This document shows positions 26,308-34,891 of a DNA stretch of 57,213 nt, one piece after another. Position 1 is the first letter of the stretch, and each line of letters opens with the position of its first letter. The stretch covers positions 1 through 57,213 of the IMG/VR virus record IMGVR_UViG_3300036828_000780; one strand, written 5' to 3'. The notes beneath the pieces are model-generated. The model was not told the origin of the DNA. It did no database searches and saw nothing but the letters and a program-made list of their open reading frames with translations. The translations under genes and the position numbers were made by a program. The stretch comes from a virus (lineage: Duplodnaviria; Caudoviricetes).

Positions 26308-28208
26308 TGCCCGACGTCTCGCCGATCGCCGCCGGCGGCACGATCGAGGAGCGCTCGGATCTCGGTTCGGGGCCCGATGCGGTCGTGCAATTCTGGAAAA
26401 CCGAGCTGCGGCTCGCCGAGGACGAAAACGAGACGTTTGTCCGGCGCGGCCGCCAGATCGTCAACCGCTACCGCGACGAGCGCGAGGCCAATGAGGGCCG
26501 GATCGCAAAGTACAACATTTTATGGTCGAATATCGAGACCCTGAAGCCCGTGCTGTACGGCAGAACGCCAAAACCCGAGGTCAAACGGCGCTTTACCGAC
26601 AACGCCGATGAGCAGTTGACGCACCTCGGCGCCGAAATCCTGCAGCGCGCACTCAGCTACGAGGACGACATTGAGGAATTTGACGACGTGATGCAGCAGG
26701 TTGTCGAGGACCGCTTGCTGCCCGGGCGCGGCGTCGCGCGGGTGTTTTACGAGTACGAGCTCGGCGACGAGGAGGTCGACCCGACGGCGCCGGTCGACCC
26801 GATCGGGAGTGAAGCCGAAGACGACGCGGCTGGCCGCCCGGCTCGCCGGCGGCGAGCCAGGCGGGGGGATGCCGAAACCGCGCCGGCTGCGGCCGCCGAT
26901 AATCTAGCGCCGCCCCCTGGGCCTGCCAATGGGTCCGCCAATGGGGAGCCCGCCAATGCTGGGGGGCTCGCCGGGATGCCGGGGGCGGCCCCGGCGACGT
27001 TTCGCGCGGTGGTCGATGAGCGGGCGCCGGTGCGTTACGTGTTTTGGGAAGACTATCGCGAGACGCCGGCGCGCTTTGAGCGCGAGATCTGGTGGAAAGC
27101 CTATCGGTCATTCATGACGCGCAAAGAATTGACCGATCGGTTCGGCAGTAGTATCGGCAAAGACGTCTCGCTCGATTACTCGCCCAAGGGCATCGGCGCC
27201 AGCGATCTGGAGGGGCCGCTCGGCGACGCCTTCAAAAAGGCCAGTATTTGGGAGATTTGGGACGGCAAAAAAAAATCGGTCGTGTGGATTGCCGAGGCGC
27301 ACAACAAGCCGCTCGACGAAAAGCCGGATCCGCTCGACCTCCCCGGGTTTTTCCCGTCGCCGCCGTGTCTGCGGGCGACCGCGACCAATGACCGGCGGGT
27401 CGCCGTCGCCGATTATTACGAATATCAGGACCAGGCGGCCGAGCTCGACACCTTGACGGCGCGCATCGACCGGCTGACCCGGGCCTTGAAGGTCGCCGGC
27501 GTCTATGCCGGCTCGGAAAAGGCGACGTTGCAGCAGCTGGTTTCCGACAGCAGCGAAAACAAGCTGATCCCGGTCGAGGACTGGGCCGGTTTCGCCGGCG
27601 ATCGGGGCGGCCTGCAGAACCTCATCCAGTGGTTGCCGGTTGAGCAGATCGCGAAGGTGCTGATCCAGCTTTATGACGCCCGCGAGCGGGTGTTGCGGAT
27701 CATCTATCAGACGACCGGCATCGCCGACATTCTGCGCGGCGAGACCAATGCGCAGGAAACCCTCGGCGCGCAGCAGCTCAAAACGCAATTCGCGACCCGC
27801 CGGATCACCCGCGCGCAAAAGGACGTCGCGCGCTTTGCGCGCGATCTGTTGCGGTTGCGCGGCGCGGTCCTAGCGCGCCATTTCAGCCCCGATACCTTGT
27901 CGCGGATGGCCGGGTTGCCGGAACCGCTCCCGACCTTGCCGCCGCCGCCGCCGATGCTGGTACCGGCGCCGCCGCCGGCTTTGCCGGGGGCGGCGCCAGG
28001 GCCGGGCGCGTTCATGGCGTCCGCGCCCGGCCCGGGGCCCGCCGGTCTGCCCATTGGGCCGTCCGGCGGGCCTTCCGGCGGGCCGCCTGGGGGGCCGCCT
28101 GGTGCCCCACCCATGGCGCCGCCGGTCCCGGGCGCGCGGCTGGCGCCCGATGGAAGGCACTACGTGCCCGACCCGCGGCGGCCGGGTAAATACCTGATGG
28201 TCGCTTGA
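26307..28208 (+). CDS. Portal protein, N-terminal part
   Basis: YNILWSNIETLKP.LY..TPKPEV.RRF; LLPGRGVARV; DPL.L.GFFP.P; TGIADILRG.T...ETLGAQQLK. Confidence 0.85.
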   Translation: MPDVSPIAAGGTIEERSDLGSGPDAVVQFWKTELRLAEDENETFVRRGRQIVNRYRDEREANEGRIAKYNILWSNIETLKPVLYGRTPKPEVKRRFTDNADEQLTHLGAEILQRALSYEDDIEEFDDVMQQVVEDRLLPGRGVARVFYEYELGDEEVDPTAPVDPIGSEAEDDAAGRPARRRRARRGDAETAPAAAADNLAPPPGPANGSANGEPANAGGLAGMPGAAPATFRAVVDERAPVRYVFWEDYRETPARFEREIWWKAYRSFMTRKELTDRFGSSIGKDVSLDYSPKGIGASDLEGPLGDAFKKASIWEIWDGKKKSVVWIAEAHNKPLDEKPDPLDLPGFFPSPPCLRATATNDRRVAVADYYEYQDQAAELDTLTARIDRLTRALKVAGVYAGSEKATLQQLVSDSSENKLIPVEDWAGFAGDRGGLQNLIQWLPVEQIAKVLIQLYDARERVLRIIYQTTGIADILRGETNAQETLGAQQLKTQFATRRITRAQKDVARFARDLLRLRGAVLARHFSPDTLSRMAGLPEPLPTLPPPPPMLVPAPPPALPGAAPGPGAFMASAPGPGPAGLPIGPSGGPSGGPPGGPPGAPPMAPPVPGARLAPDGRHYVPDPRRPGKYLMVA

Positions 28209-28209
28209 A

Positions 28210-30342
28210 TTGCCCCAGTTGATCCCGGTCGATCACGACCCGTTCGGCGAGGGGGCCGACCCGCTGCTCGCGCCGGGGGCGGCGCCCAACCCGCCGGACC
28301 CCGGCTGGGGCAGCATGCTCAGCCAGGCACTCGGTCTCGACACGCTCGCCGATGTCTCGCGCGGCTATGTGCGCGGCCAGGCCGAGCTCGCCGGTCGCGA
28401 TTGGTCGCAAGAGCCGCTGATCGGGGTCGGCCAGGGCGGCGAGCTGACCGGCCGCATCCCGGCCTTTGCGGGGCAGTTCACATCGGGGCTCGCCGGGCCG
28501 GTGCCGGCCGGCGCCTTGGGGGCGGGGCCCGCCATCTTGCGGCGCGCCGGGGCGCTGGAGACGCCGTTCGAGGACGCGGCGGCGCAGGGCGAGTTCGTCG
28601 GGCGATTGCGCGATGCGCATCTGGCGCGCGACGACGCGCTGCCGCTGGTCGGCAAGCAGGCGGTCATCGAGCCGCCGCCGCACATCCAGACCGACGCGGA
28701 CATGACGGGCCTGGTCAACCGTTACGCCGATCTGGCGCAACAGGGGGCGCCGTGGCGCGACTGGTACACGCGCAGCGGCCAGGCGATCCTCGCCGCCGCC
28801 GGCGGCGATCCGAGCGCCGCCGATAAGGTCGCCGCAGCCGCGGCGCGAACCTCGACCGGCACCGACGTCGATTCGAACATGCTGGCGGCGATCACGATGC
28901 ACAACCAGGCGATGGCCGGGGATCCGTTACGGGCCGGGCGCTTCCCCAACCAGATGGGGCCGGCGGTCGAGCGCTATTACTACGGCGGCGAGCCGATCAG
29001 CGGCGAGAAGATCAAGCCGTTCATGGGCGCCGTCGCCGAGGAGTGGAACCCCGATTTCGCGCACACTTTTGTCAACGACGTGTGGAACATGCGCTCGCTC
29101 GAATACCCGCCCAAGGGCGATTATCAGGCGACCGAGGGCGGCCTCTATGCCGGCTCGCCGACCAACGGCCAGCACAATTTCTCGCGCATTGTCGCCGACC
29201 AGGCGGGCGACGAGCTGGCGCGCCGCACCGGGGTCGACTGGAGCCCTAAACAGACGATGGCCGCCACCTGGGTCGCGCAGAAGGCCAAAACCGAGGGGAT
29301 CCCGCTGCAACAGGCCGCCGGCGATTTTGCCGACGGGCTGCGCAACAATTACGCGCAGCTGTCTTGGGAATCGGCGCCGGGGATGACGACCAACCACCTC
29401 CCGGAATTCCACACCGCCGCCCCCGAGGATCGTCAGGCGTTCCATGACGCGATCCGCGGCGCGCTGACCGACGACCAGGGCCGCGATTTGATCGCGCAGC
29501 ATTTGGGGCTGCTGACCGGGCCCAGCTTCGATGCGCCGGGGGTCTATGCCGGCCGGGTCAACCCGGGGACCCAGGGGCAGGTCGCGCTCGGCCAGGCGCC
29601 GGGCGGCTGGCGCGCCGGGGTCGACCCGGCCTCGCGCGATCTAGCTGATACCGGCGAGCTCGTCCGCGGGTTATTGCTGCGGCAGGACGCCGTCGGCTGG
29701 CACAAGCCGGCCTATGCCGCCGGGATGGGGTTGAAGGACGCCAACATGGCCGATATCCGGCTCGCCGACGGCCGGCCCCTCTCGCTCGACGAGGCGGGCC
29801 GGGTCACCCAGGGTATGGCCGATCGTACCGGCAGCGACTTTTTCAGCCCGATCGGCACGCCGCAAGGGTATCGGCTGTTGAACGTCCCGGAGGCTTCCGG
29901 GCTCAATAACCAACAATTTCAACGGCATGTGCGCGATCTCGTCGCGGATGACTTGCATCCCGATGCCGATATCGTACATGCTCGAGCGGACAGCAATTAC
30001 ATTGCCAATGATTGGAAGGCGAACCCCAATGGGCAAGATTTTGTCCGAGCGCTTGGCGGGACCGGACGACCCGATCTACAAAGAGCCGGCGCGCAGCTAC
30101 TCGCCACACTGGGGCCGCGCGTTTCTCAGATCGAGGAAGACTTCCACGACCGCCTCGGCTGGACCCCCGACCGTGCATCCCGTATCTGGGAAACCAGTCC
30201 CGTCATCCAGCGATACCAAGGATCGGTAGTCCCTTCACCCCCCAAGCCGTGGCTGCAGAGGCCGGCGCCGCAAGGTAGCCGGCCTCCGCTTTTGGTGCCG
30301 GTCGATCACGACCCGTTCAACCCGCTCGCGGGCGGGGCGTAA
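28210..30342 (+). CDS. 710-aa protein inserted within the portal locus; polyvalent/ejected-protein-like
   Basis: Long ORF with PVDHDPF at both termini; central WY...TS...N...K...F...NDVW...W pattern reminiscent of HhH-glycosylase-like domains of large phage polyvalent proteins. Confidence 0.75.
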   Translation: MPQLIPVDHDPFGEGADPLLAPGAAPNPPDPGWGSMLSQALGLDTLADVSRGYVRGQAELAGRDWSQEPLIGVGQGGELTGRIPAFAGQFTSGLAGPVPAGALGAGPAILRRAGALETPFEDAAAQGEFVGRLRDAHLARDDALPLVGKQAVIEPPPHIQTDADMTGLVNRYADLAQQGAPWRDWYTRSGQAILAAAGGDPSAADKVAAAAARTSTGTDVDSNMLAAITMHNQAMAGDPLRAGRFPNQMGPAVERYYYGGEPISGEKIKPFMGAVAEEWNPDFAHTFVNDVWNMRSLEYPPKGDYQATEGGLYAGSPTNGQHNFSRIVADQAGDELARRTGVDWSPKQTMAATWVAQKAKTEGIPLQQAAGDFADGLRNNYAQLSWESAPGMTTNHLPEFHTAAPEDRQAFHDAIRGALTDDQGRDLIAQHLGLLTGPSFDAPGVYAGRVNPGTQGQVALGQAPGGWRAGVDPASRDLADTGELVRGLLLRQDAVGWHKPAYAAGMGLKDANMADIRLADGRPLSLDEAGRVTQGMADRTGSDFFSPIGTPQGYRLLNVPEASGLNNQQFQRHVRDLVADDLHPDADIVHARADSNYIANDWKANPNGQDFVRALGGTGRPDLQRAGAQLLATLGPRVSQIEEDFHDRLGWTPDRASRIWETSPVIQRYQGSVVPSPPKPWLQRPAPQGSRPPLLVPVDHDPFNPLAGGA
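30029..30229 (+). CDS. Putative overprinted small gene (alternative frame inside the 710-aa gene)
   Basis: GGAAGG RBS; MGKILSERLAGPDDPIYKEPARSYSPHWGRAF...; codon bias shifts to this frame. Confidence 0.55.
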   Translation: MGKILSERLAGPDDPIYKEPARSYSPHWGRAFLRSRKTSTTASAGPPTVHPVSGKPVPSSSDTKDR

Positions 30343-30345
30343 CCC

Positions 30346-31263
30346 ATGTCTGAGATGCGCGGGCCGGGCGGGGCGCCGGGCGGGGTTTTGGCGCAGGCGA
30401 TGGCCGGAGGGCCGGCGCCGCCGATGATGGGGCCGGGGATTGGGCCGGGGATGGGGCCGGGCGGCCCGCCGCGGCCGCTCCCGCCGCCCCAAGCGCCGCC
30501 GCCGGGACCAATGGCGCCGGTGCCCGGCGGGCCGCCCGGCGGGCCGCCCGGTGGGCCGCTGGGCATGCCGCCGGGGGTGCCGCCGGGGATGATGCTCAAC
30601 CCGGCCTTTGTGCAGTGGCGCCAGATGGCGCAGGCCTGGCAGGCGGCCAACCAGCAGCGCCGCCAGCAGTTTCTCGGCGCGTGCCGACTCATCCGCGACG
30701 ACGCGTGCAACGGTTTCAAGATCGATATCCAGGCGGATTCGACGGTGGCCGCCGACGAGCAGGCCGAAAAGGCCTCGCGCACCGAGTTTCTGCAGTCCTT
30801 GTTGCCGATGATGCAGCTCCTGTTGCCGCAAGTGCAGCAAAACCCGGCGATCGCGCCGCTCATCAAATCGCTGGTCATGTTTGGCATGCACGCCTTTCCG
30901 GCGGCGCGCGATCTGGAGGACGATTTCGAGCAGGCGTTCCGCGTGCTCGCGCAATCGCCGCCGCCGCCGCCGCAGCCGAAGGGCAACACAAAATCGCCGC
31001 AGGAGATCGCCGCCGAGGCGGCGACCGCCAAGGGCGACCAGCAGGTCGACGCCGCCAAGGTCCAGGTTGATCAGCAAAAAAACGCCGTCGACATGATGAA
31101 GGCCTACACCGACGCGCAGCAGCAGGCGGCGAAGATGCAGCAGGAGGCGCAATTCCGCACCGCCGAGCTCGCCTTGCAGGGGCAAACCATGCAGAACCGG
31201 CAGCAGCTCGAGGCGGCGCGTCTGGCGCACCTGACGATGCGCGACACGGCCGGCATCGTCTAA
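30346..31263 (+). CDS. Portal protein, C-terminal part
   Basis: LIRDD...FKIDIQADSTVAADEQAEKASRTEFL...FPAARDLED followed by a Gln-rich coiled coil. Confidence 0.8.
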   Translation: MSEMRGPGGAPGGVLAQAMAGGPAPPMMGPGIGPGMGPGGPPRPLPPPQAPPPGPMAPVPGGPPGGPPGGPLGMPPGVPPGMMLNPAFVQWRQMAQAWQAANQQRRQQFLGACRLIRDDACNGFKIDIQADSTVAADEQAEKASRTEFLQSLLPMMQLLLPQVQQNPAIAPLIKSLVMFGMHAFPAARDLEDDFEQAFRVLAQSPPPPPQPKGNTKSPQEIAAEAATAKGDQQVDAAKVQVDQQKNAVDMMKAYTDAQQQAAKMQQEAQFRTAELALQGQTMQNRQQLEAARLAHLTMRDTAGIV

Positions 31264-31537
31264 CCCCGTCATCCGCGGATTGGCCGCGGGTCTCTCCGGC
31301 GCCGGTTAGTTGCCCCCTTTGCCGGCCTGCTGTCCTCGCCGGCCGAGGGGCCCGCCTCGGCGGGTGCCGGCGCTGGGGAGCGATCCCACGTCAAATTTTG
31401 TTCGCACAGCTATGCGCATCGGGGCCCAGGTGCGCAGAGGGTAGGGTGGCGCCTGTGGCCCCATGGGCGCCGGGTTGGGCCGTCATTCGGCGCGAGGGGC
31501 CTCGCGCCTTTATTCCCATCCAAATCAGGAGACTGGA

Positions 31538-32221
31538 ATGCCGTTTGTCGAAGGCTATCTCGACGAGAAAATCAGCGTTGGGCCAGGACGCCCGTCACAC
31601 CCGATCGCGCCGGGCGGTCCGGTCGATCCCGGTTATGGCGTGCCGGGGCCGGTCGATCCCGGTTATGGCGTGCCGCTGCCGCCGGTGACGATCTGGCCGA
31701 GCCCAGGGACGCCAACGCACCCGATCGTGCTGCCGCCGACCTATCCGGTCGCTCCGGACCAGGGGCTGCCGCAGCCGCCGACCGTCTGGCCGCTGCCGCC
31801 GCATCCGGTCGATCCCGGCTATGGCGTGCCGGTGCCGATCGGGCCTGATCACCCGATCTACTATCCGCCGGTCGGCCCCAATAATGATCTGCCGTTGCCG
31901 CCCGGCGCCGTCTGGCCGCCGTTGCCGCCGTACGTCTCGACCGGCCCGGTCGGTCAGCTGATGTGCTTTGTGTGGATCCCCGGCATCGGCTACCGCTGGA
32001 CAACGATCGACGTCAACCTCAAGCCGGAGCACCCGATCGTGCCAGGACCGCCGGTTTACCCCGCGCATCCGATCGCGCCGGGTGGAACGCCGCCGACGAC
32101 GCCGCCGCCAGGGACACCGACGCATCCGATCGCGCCCGGCGGCACGCCGCCGACCCAGCCGGGCACGCCCCCGGCGCCGACGCATCCGATTGCGCCGACG
32201 CCGGAGCCCAAGCGCAGTTAA
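31538..32221 (+). CDS. Proline-rich repeat protein
   Basis: AGGAG RBS; PVDPGYGVP and P(T/S/A)HPIAP repeats. Confidence 0.75.
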   Translation: MPFVEGYLDEKISVGPGRPSHPIAPGGPVDPGYGVPGPVDPGYGVPLPPVTIWPSPGTPTHPIVLPPTYPVAPDQGLPQPPTVWPLPPHPVDPGYGVPVPIGPDHPIYYPPVGPNNDLPLPPGAVWPPLPPYVSTGPVGQLMCFVWIPGIGYRWTTIDVNLKPEHPIVPGPPVYPAHPIAPGGTPPTTPPPGTPTHPIAPGGTPPTQPGTPPAPTHPIAPTPEPKRS

Positions 32222-32342
32222 CAGGCGGCGGCTCGCGGTGGAGTGCCGGGATTGCGGTGGCGCGGCGCGCTTTGGCGTGCCATGCGACTGCTGCATCGGC
32301 GGCACCGCGAGCTGCTGCGACGGCATGGTAGGAGGAGCGGCG

Positions 32343-32729
32343 ATGCGGCGGCGGTTTGTGTTGCGGCTGGACGAGGCCGGGCAATACCGGCTTGTCGAGC
32401 TCGACCTAGCGGCGCCGCGTCGCGCGCCGGGGCCGGTCGCGGCGCCGACGGTGGTGCGCGATATCGCGCCTTATCGGTCGATGCGGACCGGCGAGATTAT
32501 CGGCGGCCGCGCGCAGCACCGGGCGCATTTGCAGCAATACGGCCTCACTGAAGTCGGCAACGAATGGGCCGAGCCCAAGCGCGAGCTCGGCCCGGCGCCC
32601 GGCGAGATCGCCGCCGACATCAAGCGCGAGCTCGCGCGCGATCCCGGCGAGCGCCGCGCGATCGCCGAGCAGGCGCTGCACGAGGCCGGCTATGCCGGCC
32701 CGCGCGTCGACCGGGTGTTAAAGCCGTGA
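32343..32729 (+). CDS. Phage hypothetical protein
   Basis: DIAPYRSMRTGEIIGGRAQHRAHL...EVGNE; GGAGGAG RBS. Confidence 0.75.
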   Translation: MRRRFVLRLDEAGQYRLVELDLAAPRRAPGPVAAPTVVRDIAPYRSMRTGEIIGGRAQHRAHLQQYGLTEVGNEWAEPKRELGPAPGEIAADIKRELARDPGERRAIAEQALHEAGYAGPRVDRVLKP

Positions 32730-33142
32730 CGGCGCCGCAGGGTGATTGGGTCAGCTTGGCGCCGACCGGCGGGTTGCTGCGGGCGGCGAAGACGGAAATC
32801 GTCGTTTGGGTGCACGCCAACGGCGAGGTCAACATCGCGCCCGGTTCGGCGCTGGTGCGCGCGCTCGGCTGGCAGCCGCGCGACCGGATCGCGATCGATT
32901 GGCGAGCCAGCGACGGCTGTTTGCGGCTGCGCCGTTCCGCGACGGGTTTTCTATTGCAACGGCCGGCGCGGACCAAGGCCACGGCGGCGTTGCGCTTGCG
33001 GGTGCGCAGCCTACCGGGCACGCCGCGGCGCCCGGTGCGGCCCGTCGCGGTCGGCGCGACCGTCCTGCCCGGCGAGATCATCCAATTCGTCCCGCCGTGG
33101 ACCGAAATCGCGGGCTTGGGGTATCAGCAGAACCGCCGCTAG
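32726..33142 (+). CDS. AbrB/MazE-like hypothetical protein
   Basis: VRALGWQPRDRIAIDW; GTGA coupling. Confidence 0.45.
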   Translation: MTAPQGDWVSLAPTGGLLRAAKTEIVVWVHANGEVNIAPGSALVRALGWQPRDRIAIDWRASDGCLRLRRSATGFLLQRPARTKATAALRLRVRSLPGTPRRPVRPVAVGATVLPGEIIQFVPPWTEIAGLGYQQNRR

Positions 33143-33180
33143 GGCGATCGGCATGACGATGCAAAATGCGGTGAGCCAGG

Positions 33181-33438
33181 TCATTTGGGGGGTTCCTTCA
33201 AGGCGGCGCGCGCGGCGTTGATCTGCGCCATCAGCTCGGCGCCGCGCGGGTTGCGGTCGGGGTGAAAGCGCTTGACCAGCGCGCAATAGACGGCGCGGTC
33301 GCCGGCGGTGATCGCCGCCGGGTCGACCCCGAGCCGGCGGAACAGCTGCGCCGCCTCGGCCGGGGTCACCACGGCCACCACCAAAAGATCGCGGCCCAGG
33401 TGGTTCCGATCGCGACGACGATCGCGACCGAGAACCAC
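33181..33438 (-). CDS. Small J-domain (DnaJ-like) protein; start uncertain
   Basis: VYCALVKRFHPDRNP...MAQINAA. Confidence 0.65.
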   Translation of the reverse strand: MVLGRDRRRDRNHLGRDLLVVAVVTPAEAAQLFRRLGVDPAAITAGDRAVYCALVKRFHPDRNPRGAELMAQINAARAALKEPPK

Positions 33439-33592
33439 TGGTACGCCCCGGCTCCTTGTTGATGTCGAGCACCGCGGCGGTAGGGCGCCGCCGGCGCTCC
33501 GCGGTCGGCATAACCCGGCCGAGGCGCCGCCCGTCGGTTAAGGCGGTTGAGTGCCCGGCGCCAAGGGTCGGGATTGCCGTGCGGGGAAGGCA

Positions 33593-34339
33593 TCATGGCG
33601 GCGAGGCAGCGAATTCCGGGTGACGGACCGGATTGCGCGGCGGCGGCAACGGAGTTGGCGGGGCGGCCGGTGCGGTCAGGCGGTACCCGCTGCCCCATTC
33701 GGTGACGATGCAGTCGGGGGCGCCGGCGTCGCGCAATTTCTTGCGCAGCTTGCAGACCATGACGTCGAGGATCTTGCCGGCGGGCTCATCGTCGTTGGGG
33801 GCATAAGCGTGCGTTAGATAGTCGTCCTTGCTGACCGGCCGGCCGCGCAGGCGCATCGCCAGCAATTCGAGCAGCTTGTACTCGTTGGGGGCGAGGTGTA
33901 CCGGCCGGCCCGCGACCAAGACGGCGCGCCGCGTCAGGCTGATGACCAGCGGGCCGATGCGGACGACCGATTGCGCGTAGCCGACGCTGCGCCGGATCAC
34001 CGCGTGCAGCCGCGCGACGAGCTCGCCCGGGTCGCACGGCAAGGCCAGGAAATCATCGGCGCCGGTGTTGAGGCTGGCGATTTTCCAGGCGATGTCCTGG
34101 TGCGTCGAGAGGACGATCACCGGGGTCTTGATCTTCGAATTACGCACCCGCCGCAGCCAGGCCAGCGCGTCGCGCGGGACCTGGTCGAGGAGGATGGCGT
34201 CAAACGGCGGCGGCCCTTTGGCGAGCTCGAAGGCGTCATCGGCGTCGGCGGTGGTTTCGCAGGCGAATTCCGCCTCGGCCAGGGGGGTCGTGATCGCGGT
34301 CACGTGCCGCGCGGCGGGGGTGACATACAAAACGCGCAT
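33593..34339 (-). CDS. ctrA: CtrA-like OmpR-family response regulator with degenerate receiver
   Basis: ELVARLHAVIRRSVGYAQSV, VHL...EY.LLELL, DEP..KILDVMVCKLRKKL, WG.GY follow CtrA closely. Confidence 0.8.
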   Translation of the reverse strand: MRVLYVTPAARHVTAITTPLAEAEFACETTADADDAFELAKGPPPFDAILLDQVPRDALAWLRRVRNSKIKTPVIVLSTHQDIAWKIASLNTGADDFLALPCDPGELVARLHAVIRRSVGYAQSVVRIGPLVISLTRRAVLVAGRPVHLAPNEYKLLELLAMRLRGRPVSKDDYLTHAYAPNDDEPAGKILDVMVCKLRKKLRDAGAPDCIVTEWGSGYRLTAPAAPPTPLPPPRNPVRHPEFAASPP

Positions 34340-34468
34340 GGGGGTGTGTCCTCGGCACTTTGGTTAAGCGCCGACGCAACTGGTCGTTAATCTGCGTCAA
34401 CGCAAGCCTAACAACGCCAAATAGCGCCGACTGCGTCAATTGACACCAGGCGGCAACCGGAGAGCCCA

Positions 34469-34873
34469 ATGAAAACCGTCGTCATGCGGCGCAGCGACCG
34501 CGAGAAAAAGGACGCGGCCGAGCATTTCGGCGTGCCGGTTACGCCGGAGCCCGAGGATTACCCCTACGGTCTGCGGATCACGCTCGACGACGGTTCGCTC
34601 AAAAAACTCGGCATCAAGCAGATACCCAAGCCGGGCGACAAATTCCGCCTGGAGGCGGTCGCGCACGTCCTGGAGAGCGCCCAGCGCACGACCGAAAAGG
34701 ACAGCGATCGCCGCGTCGAATTGATCCTGCACGAGCTCGGCGCCGAGCCGGCCGGCGGGTTGGGCGACGACGAGGAGAAGGGCAAGACGCTCCGCGAGGA
34801 GCTCGAGGACGCCCGCCACCAGGCGCGCGGCACGACGGCGCCCTCGATTGGCCGCCGCGCGCGCTCTGCCTAA
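34469..34873 (+). CDS. Capsid staple-like protein
   Basis: YPYGLRITLDDGSLKKLGI..P..GD. Confidence 0.65.
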   Translation: MKTVVMRRSDREKKDAAEHFGVPVTPEPEDYPYGLRITLDDGSLKKLGIKQIPKPGDKFRLEAVAHVLESAQRTTEKDSDRRVELILHELGAEPAGGLGDDEEKGKTLREELEDARHQARGTTAPSIGRRARSA

Positions 34874-34891
34874 ACCGAAGGAGGTTCCCCT

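Noticed and set aside
28210-30342. Group I/II intron, intein or homing endonuclease interrupting the portal
   Set aside because: No LAGLIDADG, HNH, GIY-YIG or RT motifs, no intein termini, and no non-coding space for a ribozyme
34340-34460. CtrA box upstream of the ctrA-like gene
   Set aside because: TTAA half-sites are present but no TTAA-N7-TTAA spacing was found
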